Shown: in pieces, positions 1-13,114 of the stretch | Numbering within the stretch: position 1 is the first letter of the stretch | How the letters are laid out: every line of letters begins with the position of its first letter | The notes under the pieces: model-generated | What the model saw: only the letters and a program-made list of their open reading frames with translations | Database searches by the model: none | Told to the model about the DNA's origin: nothing | Origin: Squalus acanthias | Lineage: Eukaryota | Assembly (NCBI GenBank): GCA_030390025.1 | Contig: CM059432.1 | Coordinates: 27,034,001 to 27,098,000, forward strand | Reading direction: 5' to 3' | DNA length: 64,000 nt | Position numbers and translations under genes: made by a program

Positions 1-1064
1 CATAGTTTGCCTGGATAAATGTGGTCTTGTTCTTGATCTTCAAAATAGTTAAATTGCCTCTAATTGTTTTCCCATGAGCGCATGGTGAATCTATTGCTAC
101 AGGTAGTAAAATTTCAGTCAAAATCTGTTATTACCACCCCCTCCCCAGCAGCTCAGTTGATCCTTTACTGAATGATGCCCAGGCTTCTCCTGAGACTTGA
201 ATTAATATCCCCCAAATAAAAAAAAAATTGGAAAGGATAGAGCTTGGAAAATGTATAGGGTCATATCTTTAACTCTCAGTCTAGGCCGAGAAAATACCAT
301 CAGGACATGCTATGGTGAAATGTGATGAAATCTTGCCTTTCTGTGCAGAGTTCTGCAGTGGGGCTTGGCTCATCAAAGTTGCTGAGGTCCCTTCTGCCTG
401 TGGAGAGGCCAAGGTACCCTCTGCTTGTGGAAGTGGATGACAACACTAAATGAGACGACAACAAAGTGATTGTATTCATCCTTTCTGAATAATAAGACAA
501 CGAGTCTTCATCTGAAACTGTACAATTACATTTCAAACAGTATATGATTATTAATGGTTGGGAATGAATGATGCCTTCATTTATTTAGGTGAATCATGAT
601 TTATGAGTCTGCCTCTGTGGCAAGGGAGGTGCTGGTGTTCGGAAATGTGTTTATGTACAATTCACTATCGTGAAGGAAAGTAATGGAAAGAATCTTGCTA
701 CTTGATTCAGCGCCAGCGTTAATAATTGAGATAGCTGATTATCACGTGTTCCAAATGAATTTATTAAAGTGACATCAGCCGCAGAACAAAGTTTAAGTGG
801 TGTATGAATGTCATGTAATTTGATGTTGAATGGCAGCCTTATATTCACTGTTTTCCTTCTAATCATCCGTTAACCACATGACTCAATGTATTATTAATCA
901 TTCAATTAGCAGGCGTCAATTAAATGCTGTCAGAGACTTTCATAAAATGTCAGGCAGCACAGCAATATTAACAACTGATAAATGGAGGACTTGTGGTTTC
1001 TAACAACTTGTGCTGGGGGCCAGACTTGATCCTGTGACATTACTATTAACTCTCCACATCCCAC

Positions 1065-1230
1065 CAATGTTCCCTGTAAGCTGCGCTTTGTTCTGCGCAG
1101 TCTGTTTCTTTTCATGCGTGGCCCCTTCAATTTCTGCGCATGTGAGGTATTTACAATGTAAAAGCCAGTGAGCGGCCTGCGCGGGACCTTTGAGATTACT
1201 GCGTGGCCATGCACCTTCGGGGGAATTTTG
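1065..1230. mobile_element. hAT-type MITE (about 165 bp family)
   Basis: Starts CAATGTTCCC, ends GGGAATTTTG; 8-bp TSD CATCCCAC/GATCCCAC; homologous to 19293 and 63067 copies. Confidence 0.8.
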
Positions 1231-1261
1231 GATCCCACATGGAGGCATTTCACATGAGGTT

Positions 1262-1491
1262 TTTATTCTTCATTCTCAGGATATGGGCATCGCTGGCAAG
1301 GCTGGCTGGCATTTATTGCCCATCCCCAGTTGCCCTTGAGAAGGTGGTGGTGGGCCTTCTCCTTTGAACTGTTGCAGTCTGTATGGTGAAGGTGCACATA
1401 CAATGCTGTTAGGTAGGGAGTTCCAGGATTGTGACCAAGTGACGAAGAAGGAATGGCAATATATTTCCAAGTCAGGATGGTTTGTGACTTG
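1262..1491 (-). mobile_element. 3' end of LINE family B (CR1/L2 group)
   Basis: Reverse complement of the 3' terminus at 2755-2989 (roughly 80 percent identical by eye). Confidence 0.85.
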
Positions 1492-2989
1492 TGCTCCAGA
1501 ACTAGCCGCGCCTCTAACCAAGCTGTTCCAGTACAGCTACAACACTGGCATCTATCCAACAATGTGGAACACTGCCCAGGTGTGTCCTGTCCACAAAAAG
1601 CAGGACAAATCCAATCCAGCCAATTACCGCACCATCAGTCTACTCTCAGTCATCAGCAAAGTGATGGAAGGTGTCATCGACAGTGCTATCAAGCGGCACT
1701 TACCGATAACCTGCTCACTGATGCTCAGTTTGGGTTCCGCCAAGACCACTCGACTGCCGACCTCATTACAGCCTTGGTCCAAACATGGACAAAGGAGCTG
1801 AATTCCAGAGGTGAGGTGAGAGTGACTGCCCTTGACATCAAGGCAGCATTTGACCGAGTCTGGTATCAAGGAGCCCTAGTAAAACTGAAGTCAATGGGAA
1901 TCGGGGGGAAAACTCTCCACTGGCTGGAGTCATACCTAGCACAAAGGAAGATGGTTGTGGTGATTGAAGGCCAATCATCACAACCCCAGGACATCGCTGC
2001 AGGAGTTCCTCAGGGCAGTGTCCTAGGCCCAGCCATCTCCAGCTGCTTCATCAATGACCTTCCCTCCAAGTTAAAGTCAGAAATGGGGATGTTCGCTGAT
2101 GACTGCACAGTGTTCAGTACCATTCACAACTCCTCAGATAATGAAGCAGCCCATGCCCGCATGCAACAAGACCTGGACGATGTTCAGGCTTGGGCTCATA
2201 AGTGGTAGGTAACATTCGCGTCACACAAGTGCCAGGCAATGACTATCTCCAACAAGCGAGAATCTAAACACTGCCCCTTGACATTCAACGGCATTACCAT
2301 CACCGAATCCCCCACCATCAACATCCTGGGGGTCACCATTGACCAGAAACTTAACTGGACCAGCCACATAAATACTGTGGCAACAAGAGCAGGTCAGAGG
2401 CTAGGTATTCTGTGGCGAGTGTCTCACCTCCTGACTCCCCAAAGCCTTTCTACCATCTACAAGGCACAAGTAAGGAGTGTGCTGGAATACTCTCCACTTG
2501 CCTGGATGAGTGCAGCTCCAACAACACTCAAGAAGCTCGACACCATCCAGGACAAAGCAGCCCGCTTGATTGGCACCCCCTCGAGCACCTTAAACCTTCA
2601 CTCCCTCCACCACCGGCGTACCGTGGCTACAGTGTGTGCCATCTACAAGATGCACGGCCGCAACTCGACAAGGCTTCTTCGGCAACACCTTCCACCTGCG
2701 ACCTCTTCCACCTAGAAGGACAAGGGCAGCAGACGCATGGGAACACCACCACCTCCAAGTTACACACCATCCTGACTTAGAAGTATATTGCCGATCCTTC
2801 ATCGTCGCTGGGTCAAAATCCTGGAACTCCCGACCTAACCGCACTGTGGGAGTACCTTCACCACACGGACTGAAGCAGTTCAAGAAGGCAGCTCACCACC
2901 ACCTTCTCGAGGGCAATTGGGGATGGGCAATAAATGCTGGTCTTGTCAGCGACGCCCACATCCCATAAAAACGAATTAAAAAAAAAAAG
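1486..2989 (+). mobile_element. 5'-truncated non-LTR retrotransposon, family B (CR1/L2 group), RT pseudogene with A-rich tail
   Basis: ORFs 1364..1801, 1453..2208, 2239..2715: [39 protein letters not shown]; frameshifts and a stop. Confidence 0.93.
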
Positions 2990-3184
2990 ACCAATCGTAT
3001 GAGAGATATTTGAGTCATGGGGTTCACATAGATGAAACAGTTCAGCAGGACACAACAAGCAGCCACAGTAGAAGCAATACTTATATTTTATATGGTTGGA
3101 TACATGTGCACATGTACATGCAAAATAAAGTAATGATTGTGCTGACAACTTTCTGCTTCCTTGTTTTGCAATGCTTCTATTCAG

Positions 3185-3272
3185 GATAAGAAGACTTATA
3201 CTTGCCCTGTCTGTGAAAAATCCTTTTCTGATGATCGTCTGATCAAGTCTCACATCACCACATACCATCCAG
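3185..3272 (+). CDS. ZFAT: ZFAT coding exon (1st in window), C2H2 finger DKKTYTCPVCEKSFSDDRLIKSHITTYHP
   Basis: ttcag acceptor, gtgagt donor; 88 nt, phase 0-1; matches remembered vertebrate ZFAT segment DKRSYSCPVCEKSFSEDRLIKSHIKTNHP. Confidence 0.95.
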
Positions 3273-3689
3273 GTGAGTTATCACATCTGCACCACCAATG
3301 AGTCTCATTTAAGTGATGGATAAAGTTAATCTCTGAACTGAGGTGTGTTACACTATTTTGTCTTTTATTTTGTACATTCAAGGTCAGGTTAATGACTCGA
3401 GGGGCATATAGAAAAGTCTTGCATTTTGAATTAAATACATATAAATCCAAGATTGAAAGTTGAGTGACACTTGCTAAGTTCAGTGATCATTGTGAATCGA
3501 AGCTCGTTCATTAGTAACTGCCAGTTTCTTCACAGGGACGCTATTACAATTCATTAATTTCCTTGGTAAGGCCCATCAACTACCTGTTATTTTTAAAGAG
3601 GAAATATCCTTGTTTTGTCATGAGTTAACTGATCTCATCCAATGCAGTAGTTGGGATGCCACATTTATCTTCAGTAGCCCTAGGCTAAA

Positions 3690-6600
3690 GTCATAGAGTC
3701 ATAACGGCACAGAAGGAGGCCATTCGGCCCATCGAGTCTGTGCCGGCTCTTTGTGGAGCGATCCAGTCAGTCCCATTCCCCCGCTCTATTCCCATAGCCC
3801 TGCAAGTTTATTTCCCTCAAGTGCCTATCCAGTCTCCCCTTGAAAACATGGAGTGTGTCCGCTTCCCCCACTTCCGTCGGCAGCGAGGTCCAGGTCCTCA
3901 CCACCCGCTGTGTAAAAAAGTTTTCCTCACATCCCCCCTGTATCTCTTGCCCAAAACCTTAAATCTGTGTCCCCTAGTCCTTGTACCATCAACTAGTGGG
4001 AACAGCCTTTCCCCGTCTAGCCTATCCAAATCCGTCATAAACTTGTACACCTCTATCAAATCACCCCTCAACCTCCTTTGCTCGAATGAAAACAAATCCA
4101 GCTTCTCCAACCTGTCCTTGTAGCTAAGATCCCCCATCCCCGGAACCATTCAGGTAAATCTCCTCTGCACCCTCTCAAGGGCCTTCACATCCTTCCTAAA
4201 GTGTGGTGACCAGAACTGGATGCAGTACTCCAGTTGTGGCCTAACCAGTGCTTTATAAAGGTTCAGCATAACTTCTCTACTTTTGTACTCAATGGGCTGG
4301 ATTTTGTCTTGGGGTCGTGTTATCCGCATTTCGTGTTCCCCCCCCCCCCCCCGCCCCCGACTCCAGATTAATGTGGATGAATAATGCAATTTTCACTTAA
4401 TTGGGCGATTGAGTTCCAGCATGTGGGAACCCATGAACTAATTAGTGGTTTCAGTCTGAAAGTCGCCTCGGACACTGACTGCCTGGCCTCACGGACTGTG
4501 TGTGTGTGACCGACCCACTCCTCCACTGACTCACTCCTCCACTCACTCACTCCTCCAAACCCGACTCCGGGTCATTCAAAATCCAGCCCAATACCTCTAT
4601 TTATGAAGCTCAAGATCCCATGTGCTTTGTTAACCACTCTCTGAATATGTCCTGCCACCTTCAGGGACCTGTGCACATTAACTCCCAGGTCCCTCTGTCC
4701 CTGCACACTCTTTAAAACTGTGCCATTAAGTGTATATTGCCTTTCCCTGTTGCTTCTGCCAAAATGCATCACCTCACACTTCTCTGTATTAAATTCCATC
4801 TGCCACTTGTCTGCCCATTCTGCTAGCCTTTCTATGTCCTGTTGCAGTCGATTGGTATCAACATCACTGTTTGCCACACCCCCAAGTTTGGTGTCATCGG
4901 TAAATTTAGAAATTCTACTCTGTATTCCAATATCCAGGTTATTTATATATCAAAAAAAGCAGTGGCCCCAGCACTGACCCTTGGAGAACACCACTGTCCA
5001 CCATCTTCCAGTCTGAAAAACAGCCATTTACTACAACTCGCTGTTTTCTGTCCTTAAGCCAGTTCCTTATCCAAGCTACCACTGACCCACGTATTCCATG
5101 AGCCTCAATTTTGTTAACCAGCCTGCTATGTGGTACTTTATCAAACGCCTTCCTAAAATCCATGTAGACAACATCCATTGCATTCCCTTCATCAATCCTC
5201 TCTGTTACTTCATCAAAATATTCAATTAGATTTGTCAAACACGATCTGCCTTTTCCAAATCTGTGTTGGCTCTCCTTAATTAGCTTGAATCTCTCCAAGT
5301 GCCTGTTAATTTTTTTCATTGATTGTAGTTTCTAAAACTTTACCCACCACTGATGTTAAACTGACCGGCCTGAGGTTACTAGGATTGTCCTTACACCCTT
5401 TCTTGAACAATGGTGTCACATTTGCCACTTTCCAATCCTCAGGCACCTCCCCCTCATCTAGGGAAGATTGGAAAATTATGGCAAGTGCTCCCGTTATCTC
5501 CTCCTCCAATTCCCTTAGCAACCTGGGATGCAAGCCACCTGGACCAGACGACTTGTCCACTCTAAGCTTACCCAGCTTTTCTAGTACATCCTGTCTATCA
5601 ATTTTCACCCCTTCCATTGCTTCTACCTTTTCCACTTCTACCGATATTTTGTCAGTATCCACCTCCTTAGTAAACACCGATACAAAGTATTCATTCAGTA
5701 TTCTAGGCTTGCCCTGCGCCTCTAAGCATATATCACCACCTTTGTCCCTAATAATAGGCCCCACCCCGCCTCTTACTGCCCGCTTACTGTTTGCATGCCG
5801 GTAGAAGATTTTTGGGTTCCCTTTTATGTTAACCGCCATTCTACTCTCATATTCTCTCTTTGCCAATCTTTTTTTCATCTTCACTTCCTCCCTCAACTTA
5901 TTGTATTTGGTCTGGTTCTCCCTTGAAGAATTCACCTGACATGCATCATACACCCTCTTTTTTTGTTTCATCGTCTTCTCTATCTCCCTTGTCATCCAAG
6001 GAGCCCTTGTTTTGGTTCCCTTACCCTTCCCTCTTGTTGGAATGTACCTAGCCTGTACTTGGAACATCTCCTCCTTAAAGATCACCCATTGTTCCGTTAC
6101 AGTTTTTCCTGTCAGTCTTTGGTTCCATTTTACGCTGGCTAGATCCTTTTGCATCCCATTGAAGTTAGCCCTATTCCAGTTTAGAAGTTCCACTCTAGAT
6201 TGTTCCTTGCTCCTCCCATTGCTAATCTAAATCTTATGATCCGATGATCACTTGTACCAAAGTGTTCTCCGACAGACACTTGGTCGACCTGGCCCACCTC
6301 ATTCCCAGCACCAGATCCAGCAATGCCTCCTTCCTAGTTGGGCCAAGAGCATACTGGTCAAGGAAATTTTCCTGAACACATTTCAGAAATTCCTCCCCTT
6401 CCTTTCCCTTTACCCTAGCATCATCCCTATTGATATTTGGGTAATTAAAGTCCCCCAATATTACCACTCTATAGCTCTTGCATATCTCTGCGATTTCCCT
6501 GCAGATTTGCTCCTCTACCTCCCTCTCACTATTTGGAGGCATGTAGAATATCCCCAATAGTGTGATCATACCCTTTTTGCTCCTCAACTCTAACCAAATG

Positions 6601-8260
6601 GATTCTGTCCTTGTCCCCTCAAGAACATCCTCCCTTTCCAACAATACAATGTCTTCCTTAATCAGCACTGCCACCCCACCTCCCTTTTTTCCTTCCCTAT
6701 CTTTTCTGAACACCTTGTACCCTTGAATATTAAGTGTCCAGTCCTCACCGCTTTTAAGCCACGTTTCCGTTATTGCCATATGGCTAATTGTGCTTGTAGC
6801 TCACTAACCTTATTCACCACACTTTGTGAATTTATGTACATACATTCTAAACCCATTTTTGAATTTTTCGTAGTCTCTCTTAATCTGCTCCTCTCTAATA
6901 TGGTACTACTTCCGTCTCTAATACTACTTTCTTCTCTAGTACTATCCAACACACTCACTCTTTTATGCACCTTATTCCTCCTTTCTACTCCTATATGTTG
7001 GTATCCATCCCTCTGCCAAGCTAGTTTAAACCCTCCCCAACAGCACTAGCAACTCTCCCCACGAGAATATTGGTCCCGGCTCCGTTGAGGTGTAACCCGT
7101 CCGGCTTGTACAGGTCCCACCTTCCCCAGAAATGGTCCCAATGCCTCAGGAATCTAAAGCCCTCCCTCCTGCACCATCTCTCCAGCCATGCATTCATCTG
7201 TTCTATCCTCCTATTCCTGTACTCGCTAGCACGTGGCACCGGGAGTAATCCGGAGATTACTACCTTTTGAGTTCCTGGTTTTTAATCTCTTTCCTAGCTC
7301 CCTATAGTCTGCCTGCAGGACCTCCTCCCTCTTTCTGCCTATGTCGTTGGTACCGATATGGACAATGACCTCTGGCTGTTCACCCTCCCCCCCCTCACCC
7401 CCCATCAGAGTGTCCTGCAGCCGCTCAGTGACATCCTTGCCCCTGGCACCAGGGAGGCAACATACCATCCTGGAGTCATGCCTGCATCCACAGAAATGCC
7501 TGTCTGTTCGCCTAACTAATGAATCCCCTATCACTATTGCTCTTCCACTCTTCTTCCTCCCCCCTGTGCAGCTGAGCCACCGGTGGTGCCGTGGCCTTGG
7601 CTCTGGCTGCTCTCCCCAGAGGAACCATCACCCCCACCAGCTTCCAGAACTGTGAACCGGTTAGTGAGCGAGATGCACTCTGGGGATTCCTGCCCTACCT
7701 GCCTGGTCCTCCTTCTCTGGTGGTCACCCATTCACTCTCTGCCTGCACATTCTGAGGCTGCGGGGTGACCACTTCTACAAACGTGCTTTCCAAGTATTTC
7801 TCAGCCCTCGCGGATGCACTGTAGTGACTCCAGCTGCCGCTCAAGCTCCGAAACCCGGAGCTCGAGTTGCTGCAGTTGGTGACACTTCCTGCACGCGTGG
7901 TCATCCAGGCTACGCGAAGCATCAGGATTTCCCACATGGCACAGGAGGCGCAAATCACGGGACTGAGCTGCCCTGCCATACCTCCTATTAGTTTAACTAG
8001 TTAAGCTATAAATTTAATACAGTCTGTTATAGTTTCCCGCTCCTAGTATAAACCACTATCTTCGTTTAGAGAAAATAAAACCTTAATACTCACCATCCAA
8101 ACACTTACCTGCTGTCCTGTGACGTCACACCTTGGTATTTTTGGAAATCGAGGAAGGTTTGGCCGCCGCTGCCTCCGACTAGGTCGCGCTGTTCCTCCGC
8201 TCTCTGCTTTATGTCCCGCCGCCGCTGCCTCCGATTTAAGAGGGGAAAATAATCCAAGCT
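3690..8260 (-). mobile_element. Near full-length CR1 LINE (decayed): 5' UTR, ORF1 zinc-knuckle/zipper plus SGNH esterase, ORF2 APE endonuclease plus RT, 3' tail
   Basis: ORF1 pieces 7979-7021 (CASC, IGDSLVR, HIGTND, DGLH); ORF2 pieces (ITETW, GDFNYP, LDLV, DFRKAFDKVPH, QGSVLGP, YKALVRPQLEYC, RRLRGDLIEVYK); interrupted by MITE 4294-4589. Confidence 0.95.
4294..4589. mobile_element. PIF/Harbinger-type MITE inserted in CR1
   Basis: Perfect 13-bp TIR GGGCTGGATTTTG/CAAAATCCAGCCC; 3-bp TSD AAT; removal restores CR1 sequence gtactcAATacctc. Confidence 0.9.
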
Positions 8261-9194
8261 TATTACTCCTGATTGCCATCCAATAACATCTACTGGAAAT
8301 GCGTGAGAGTGAACATCGTGAGGAAAAATCGTGTTCGACTGTAAATTCAAATAGTTTGGGTCAAGGTCTAGGTTCGTGCATACAGAATGGCCACTTGGGG
8401 TGCCTTCAAACTATACCCTTTGCATGGGGAGTATTCTTCAAAAGTGTGTAGGGATACAGATGATCCAGTGACTCGTGGACCTGGACAGTAGCCAGCCAAA
8501 GCAAGTCATACTACTTTAAACCAAGGAATCAACGTCAAGGCAGCAGAGTGATCAGCTCTCGCGTGGCATTTGAGTATTCTCCTGGTGGGACATCCTCCTC
8601 TAGGCGGAGCTTCGTTCGGCTCCCATCCACTGCAATGCGGGACCTGCCACAACGTCCCATTTTTATATGGTTCTTGCTATTTGGGGCATGAGTAAATGTT
8701 AATGGAAGTCCCATTTTGTCCAATCATCCACTGCTGCCAGGCATTAATGACGACGAGTTGGCTGTTGTGAGTCACTCAACTTTCCGAGATGTTGAACCAG
8801 GTGTAATTATTTATTTTTCTAGACGATTGGAATGTGTAGGCTTCCCTTATCTGTGTGCATACCCTCTCCAGGCCTTGTGTGTCTCCAATGTTCCCTCTCT
8901 TAGCAATTCCATCTGCCTCAGCAGTCTTTGACCACTTGGTATAATTTCTCAGTCCTGTGGAATTTGCCTCCTTTCTTCCTTAACAGTTTTTGCAAAATAG
9001 AGGCCTACTCAAAACTTCTCGACGCTTTTTCAGTGATTTCTGCATATTGCTGTCTTTTCGTTTTAAATTCACAATCTTGTTAACGGCTTCCCTTCAAGAA
9101 GATAGAAAATGGGAAAAGTTTGGGAGGAAAGCACGAAGGATTAAGGAATGGTGGTGATAATAAATGAGTACTCTATCTCAGTTTGCAGATAAAC

Positions 9195-9858
9195 CATAGA
9201 ATGCTACAGCATAGAGGAGGCCATTTGGCCCATTGTGCCTGTGCCGGTTATTTCAAATAGCTATCCAATTTGTCCCATTTCCCTGCTCTTTCCCCATAGC
9301 CCTGCAAATTTTTCCCATTCAAGTATTTATCCAATTCCCTTTTGAAAGTAGTTATTGAATCTGCTTCCACTACCCTTTCAGATCATAACAACTTGCTGCA
9401 TAAAAATATTCTCATCTTGCCTCTGGTTCTTTTGCCAATTACCTTAAATCTGTGACCTCTGGTTACTAATTCTTTTGCCACTGGAAACAGTTTCTCCTTA
9501 TTTACTCTATCAAAACCCTTCATGATTTTGAACACCTCTATCAAATCTCCCCTTAACCTTTTCTGCTCTGAGGAGAACAACCCCAGCTTCTCCAGTCTCT
9601 CCACATAACTGAAGTCTTGCATGTTGGTACCATTCTAGTAAATCACCTCTGCACCCTTTCTAATGCCTTGACATCACTCCAAAAGTGTGGTGCCCAGAAT
9701 TGGACAATATTCCAGCTGGGGCCTAACCAGTGATTTATAAAGGTTTAGCATAATTTCCTTGCTTTTGTACTCTCTTCCTTTGTTTATAAAGCCAAGGATC
9801 CCAGCTGCTTTTTTAGCAGCCTTATCAACTTGTCTTGCCACCTTCAAAGATCAGTGTA
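9195..9858 (-). mobile_element. CR1 3' fragment
   Basis: ORF 9383..9622 ERLEKLGLFS-RLRGDLIEVFKIMKG; CR1 3' UTR. Confidence 0.9.
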
Positions 9859-9879
9859 GTAATGTAGTAATGAGAATTA

Positions 9880-10215
9880 GAGTACAAGAGGATGAAGTCG
9901 AGCTATTAGTTAGGATAAGTATAGCTAAGGAAGTAGTAATGAAACAAATAGTGGAACTGGAAGTTAAAAAGGCACCAAGCCCTGATGGCATGAATCTTGG
10001 AATAGTGAAAGAAGTAAGAGAGGAAAGAACAGAGCCTCTGGCTTTTAAACTTCCTTGGATATGGAAGTTTTGCCAGGGACTAGAGGGTTACCAATGTAAC
10101 ATCTCTTTTCAAAAAAGGGTGGAAAACATAAATTATGTAACTATTGATCCAGTCACCCTAGCATCAGTAGTGGGTAAGCTTCTAGAGGCCATAATGTGGG
10201 ATAAAATTAATAACT
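9880..10215 (+). mobile_element. Degenerate CR1 ORF2 internal fragment
   Basis: KKAPSPDGM, PVTLASVVGKLLE motifs in ORF 9759..10268. Confidence 0.75.
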
Positions 10216-10469
10216 GCAAGAAATGCAGAACTCCATTCACTAGAATTCAAATGCTGGCAACTTTATAACCGTAGTGAAGTTAACAGCACAGTTGAAGTGC
10301 TGATGTGGCTTCAGGTTTAAGTTTTTAAAGTTTGTTTTGCATTGCTTGCAGTTATACTGTAACCACTGTGAACCTGAAACTTTAAGACTTCCTCGAGGTG
10401 AGTACATTGTCAGTTTTCAACTTGGCTGTAAAATTATACTATTATGATGAACAGAAACTTCTGTACTCA

Positions 10470-10617
10470 AGATTAATAGATTTTTGTTAGGCAAGGGTAT
10501 TAAGGGTTACGGAACCAAGGATGGCAGATGGAGTTAAGATACAGATCAGCCATGATTAATTGAATGGCGGAACAGGCTTGAGGAGCTGAATGGCCGCCTC
10601 CTGTTCCTATGTTCCTA
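10470..10617 (+). mobile_element. CR1 3' UTR/tail
   Basis: cagatcagccatgat-tgaatggcggaacaggcttgag-cctgttcctatgttcct. Confidence 0.8.
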
Positions 10618-10884
10618 CAAAGTCACGAGGAAAGCCTGACAAAACTGAAATTGAAATCTTTGTTATTCGAGCCAAGAAGATGAGAAGGGACATGATTTGT
10701 CTCTTTAAAATGCTGAAAGGTACAGATAATGTGGATGTAAGCAGATTACTTAACTGGAACTGTGAAAACAGATGAAGAGCACAAAATTGGCGGACCTTTA
10801 GCAAAACTAAATATTAAACTTTTTTGCCCCCCCCCCCCCCCCCCCCCTCCCTGGGTAGTAGAAAAATGGAACACCTTCTCGTGA

Positions 10885-11000
10885 AAAGTAGCATTCCCTC
10901 AGTTTTGCATGCAGTATATGTCTGCAAGTCCTGGAGAGCAACTTAAATTCACAACTTTCTGACTCGGAGGCAAGAGTGCTACCAAATGAGCCAAGCTGGC
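10885..11000 (-). mobile_element. Partial tRNA-derived SINE head
   Basis: Reverse complement resembles head of SINE at 16943 (ggctcatttggtagcactcttgcctccgagtcagaaagttgtg). Confidence 0.6.
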
Positions 11001-12635
11001 ACTTGGATATGGTCACTTTCACATGGGATGATGACCAGAATTTATATATATATTAGTTGAAAAAATAACAACAAATTAGAATTAAATTAGAAAGAAGAGT
11101 TATCCTATTTATGTTGGCCTACTTCAAATAAAATGACCAATAGTATCCTTTTAAAAGATGAACTCATGCTCCCTATTTTTAGAAACCACCCAACCGTTTA
11201 TTGTAACATGTATTCCCTCGATAAGTAAGGAAAGTAAATTTAGCAGTCGCAAAATATTGACAACAATAAAAAAAAAACTTTCCAAATCTTGTGACCATTC
11301 TCTGGGGAAGGTGAGGGTGAGGATGAAAGAAAAGTAGGTCTTGTTTTGTTTTTCAATTCTCACCTTTGTCCATGAAGAAGCTCCCAATTGAAAAAGAATG
11401 CATTGGCGTGTGGGTTGAGAATGAAGCTAGTGCTTCACTCCTTGATGGTGCCTGAGTGTTGGGTGTGGGACGCTCCAGTAACTTTCTGAAATGGCCTGAA
11501 GCTGTGGGCCATGACACTGATATTTAAATTTTCTCTGCATTATTTTTAGCACACTGGGTAACACATTCACATTAAATTACTGCATTTGCAATTTCAACCC
11601 AGTTGTTAACCTGTTTAGAATAAACACGAACTTCATGAACCAGTGCACAAAAAGTGGATTGATTTAACTCTTAATCTCCTCTGTGCACTAACAGGAATTT
11701 AAAGCCACAGACTGCCACCATGTTATTTGACCATCATGTTATTTGACCGCAGGGGTGTTCGATTCTGTCCTCACCTGACATGCAGGGGTCGTTGAATAGT
11801 GATGAACAGAGTGGACTTTGTGTTTTTTTTCCACCTCAACAGGTTCACTGAGACAATTATTGTGCTCTAAATGCCACTCTTCAATCAGGTTGTTATGGCC
11901 TCAAGCAGATCAATAAAGGCCTTCTGTCTAATTGTTACCACCTCATCACCTGACTGCATTCCTTTCAGAGAGCTGGCCTTGAAGGATTATTTTTGTAAAA
12001 AGGGTCATTAGACCACTAAGCCTAGAAATTCAGCTACACATTGCCCATTTATTGTGTGTTAAATGGTCTCCTAAGCATCCAATATGGAAGGCAGGAAGCA
12101 TCGCACATTCCAACTGGAAGTGTGCCGCTCAACATATTGGGTCAGGAGCCTACGTCGGGAACATTTGTCGGAGATAACTTATTTAAATTACGGTCCTGTG
12201 TTTTGGATTTTCAAATGCCCCAGCGCTTCACTCACCAGGTGCTGAACTCGTTCAGCACAATGTGGTGCTAACTGGCAGGAAGGCCCCCCATACTTAGCTG
12301 AATGTGCAGCATGGAGTGCTCCTCCCATTCTAAATCTAATTTACTAACACTCTACAAGTCATTTTTTTTAGGTAAAATACACTTTACTTTTTAAAAATTC
12401 TCTTTGATAATTTTCTCTGCTCTTTTAGACTCTTCTGCTTGCTCCCGTCTGAAACTCTTCCTGATTGAGAGCAGGCGTCCACCATAAATGTTCTGTAATT
12501 CACCATTAAATGAGTGTCTCCATTTTGTACACATCTGCCCCTCGTCGTACAAGATTTTAATTTTGAAGGCCATTGCCATTGCCCAACAGGCCACCAAATC
12601 ACTCTAATCTAAACCTTCTTAACATCAATTTGCAG

Positions 12636-12785
12636 AGGTCCCTATGAGCACCATCTCAGAGATTCTGGGGAAACGAGTACAACTAAAAGGGCTGATTGGA
12701 AAGCGAGCAGTGAAATGTCCTTACTGTGACTGCTATTTCCGGAAGAATGGTACCGACCTGCAGCGCCATATCTGGGCACACGAAG
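12636..12785 (+). CDS. ZFAT: ZFAT coding exon 2 in window, (E)VPMSTISEILGKRVQLKGLIGKRAVKCPYCDCYFRKNGTDLQRHIWAHE
   Basis: tgcag acceptor, gtatga donor; 150 nt, phase 1-1; continues frame of previous exon; near-identical to ZFAT. Confidence 0.96.
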
Positions 12786-13114
12786 GTATGAATGCACTAG
12801 CACATTGATAACTTATTTCTTAATTCGGATTTTTTTCCCCCTTATTCTTTCTCCCAAAGGCACTGTGTGTTGCTGGTATACATTTCCACAAGTTCTGACT
12901 GACCTTCCCTATCTCCCCCCAAATAGGGGCTAGACAGTGAAAGTCACCAGGCTATAGAAGGGCGTTTGATAATTGTTGAAATATAGTGACATCACAAAAT
13001 GACGTAAGGTCAGCTGTCCAAGCTACTTGCCCTTGATGCATTGTGGTCCTACTAGCATTGCGACGGAACCACTTAATCGGTTCCATATTTTACTCTTCTG
13101 CTATTTTTAAATTA

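Noticed and set aside
3690..8260. Active autonomous CR1
   Set aside because: Both ORFs are broken by frameshifts and stops, plus a MITE insertion
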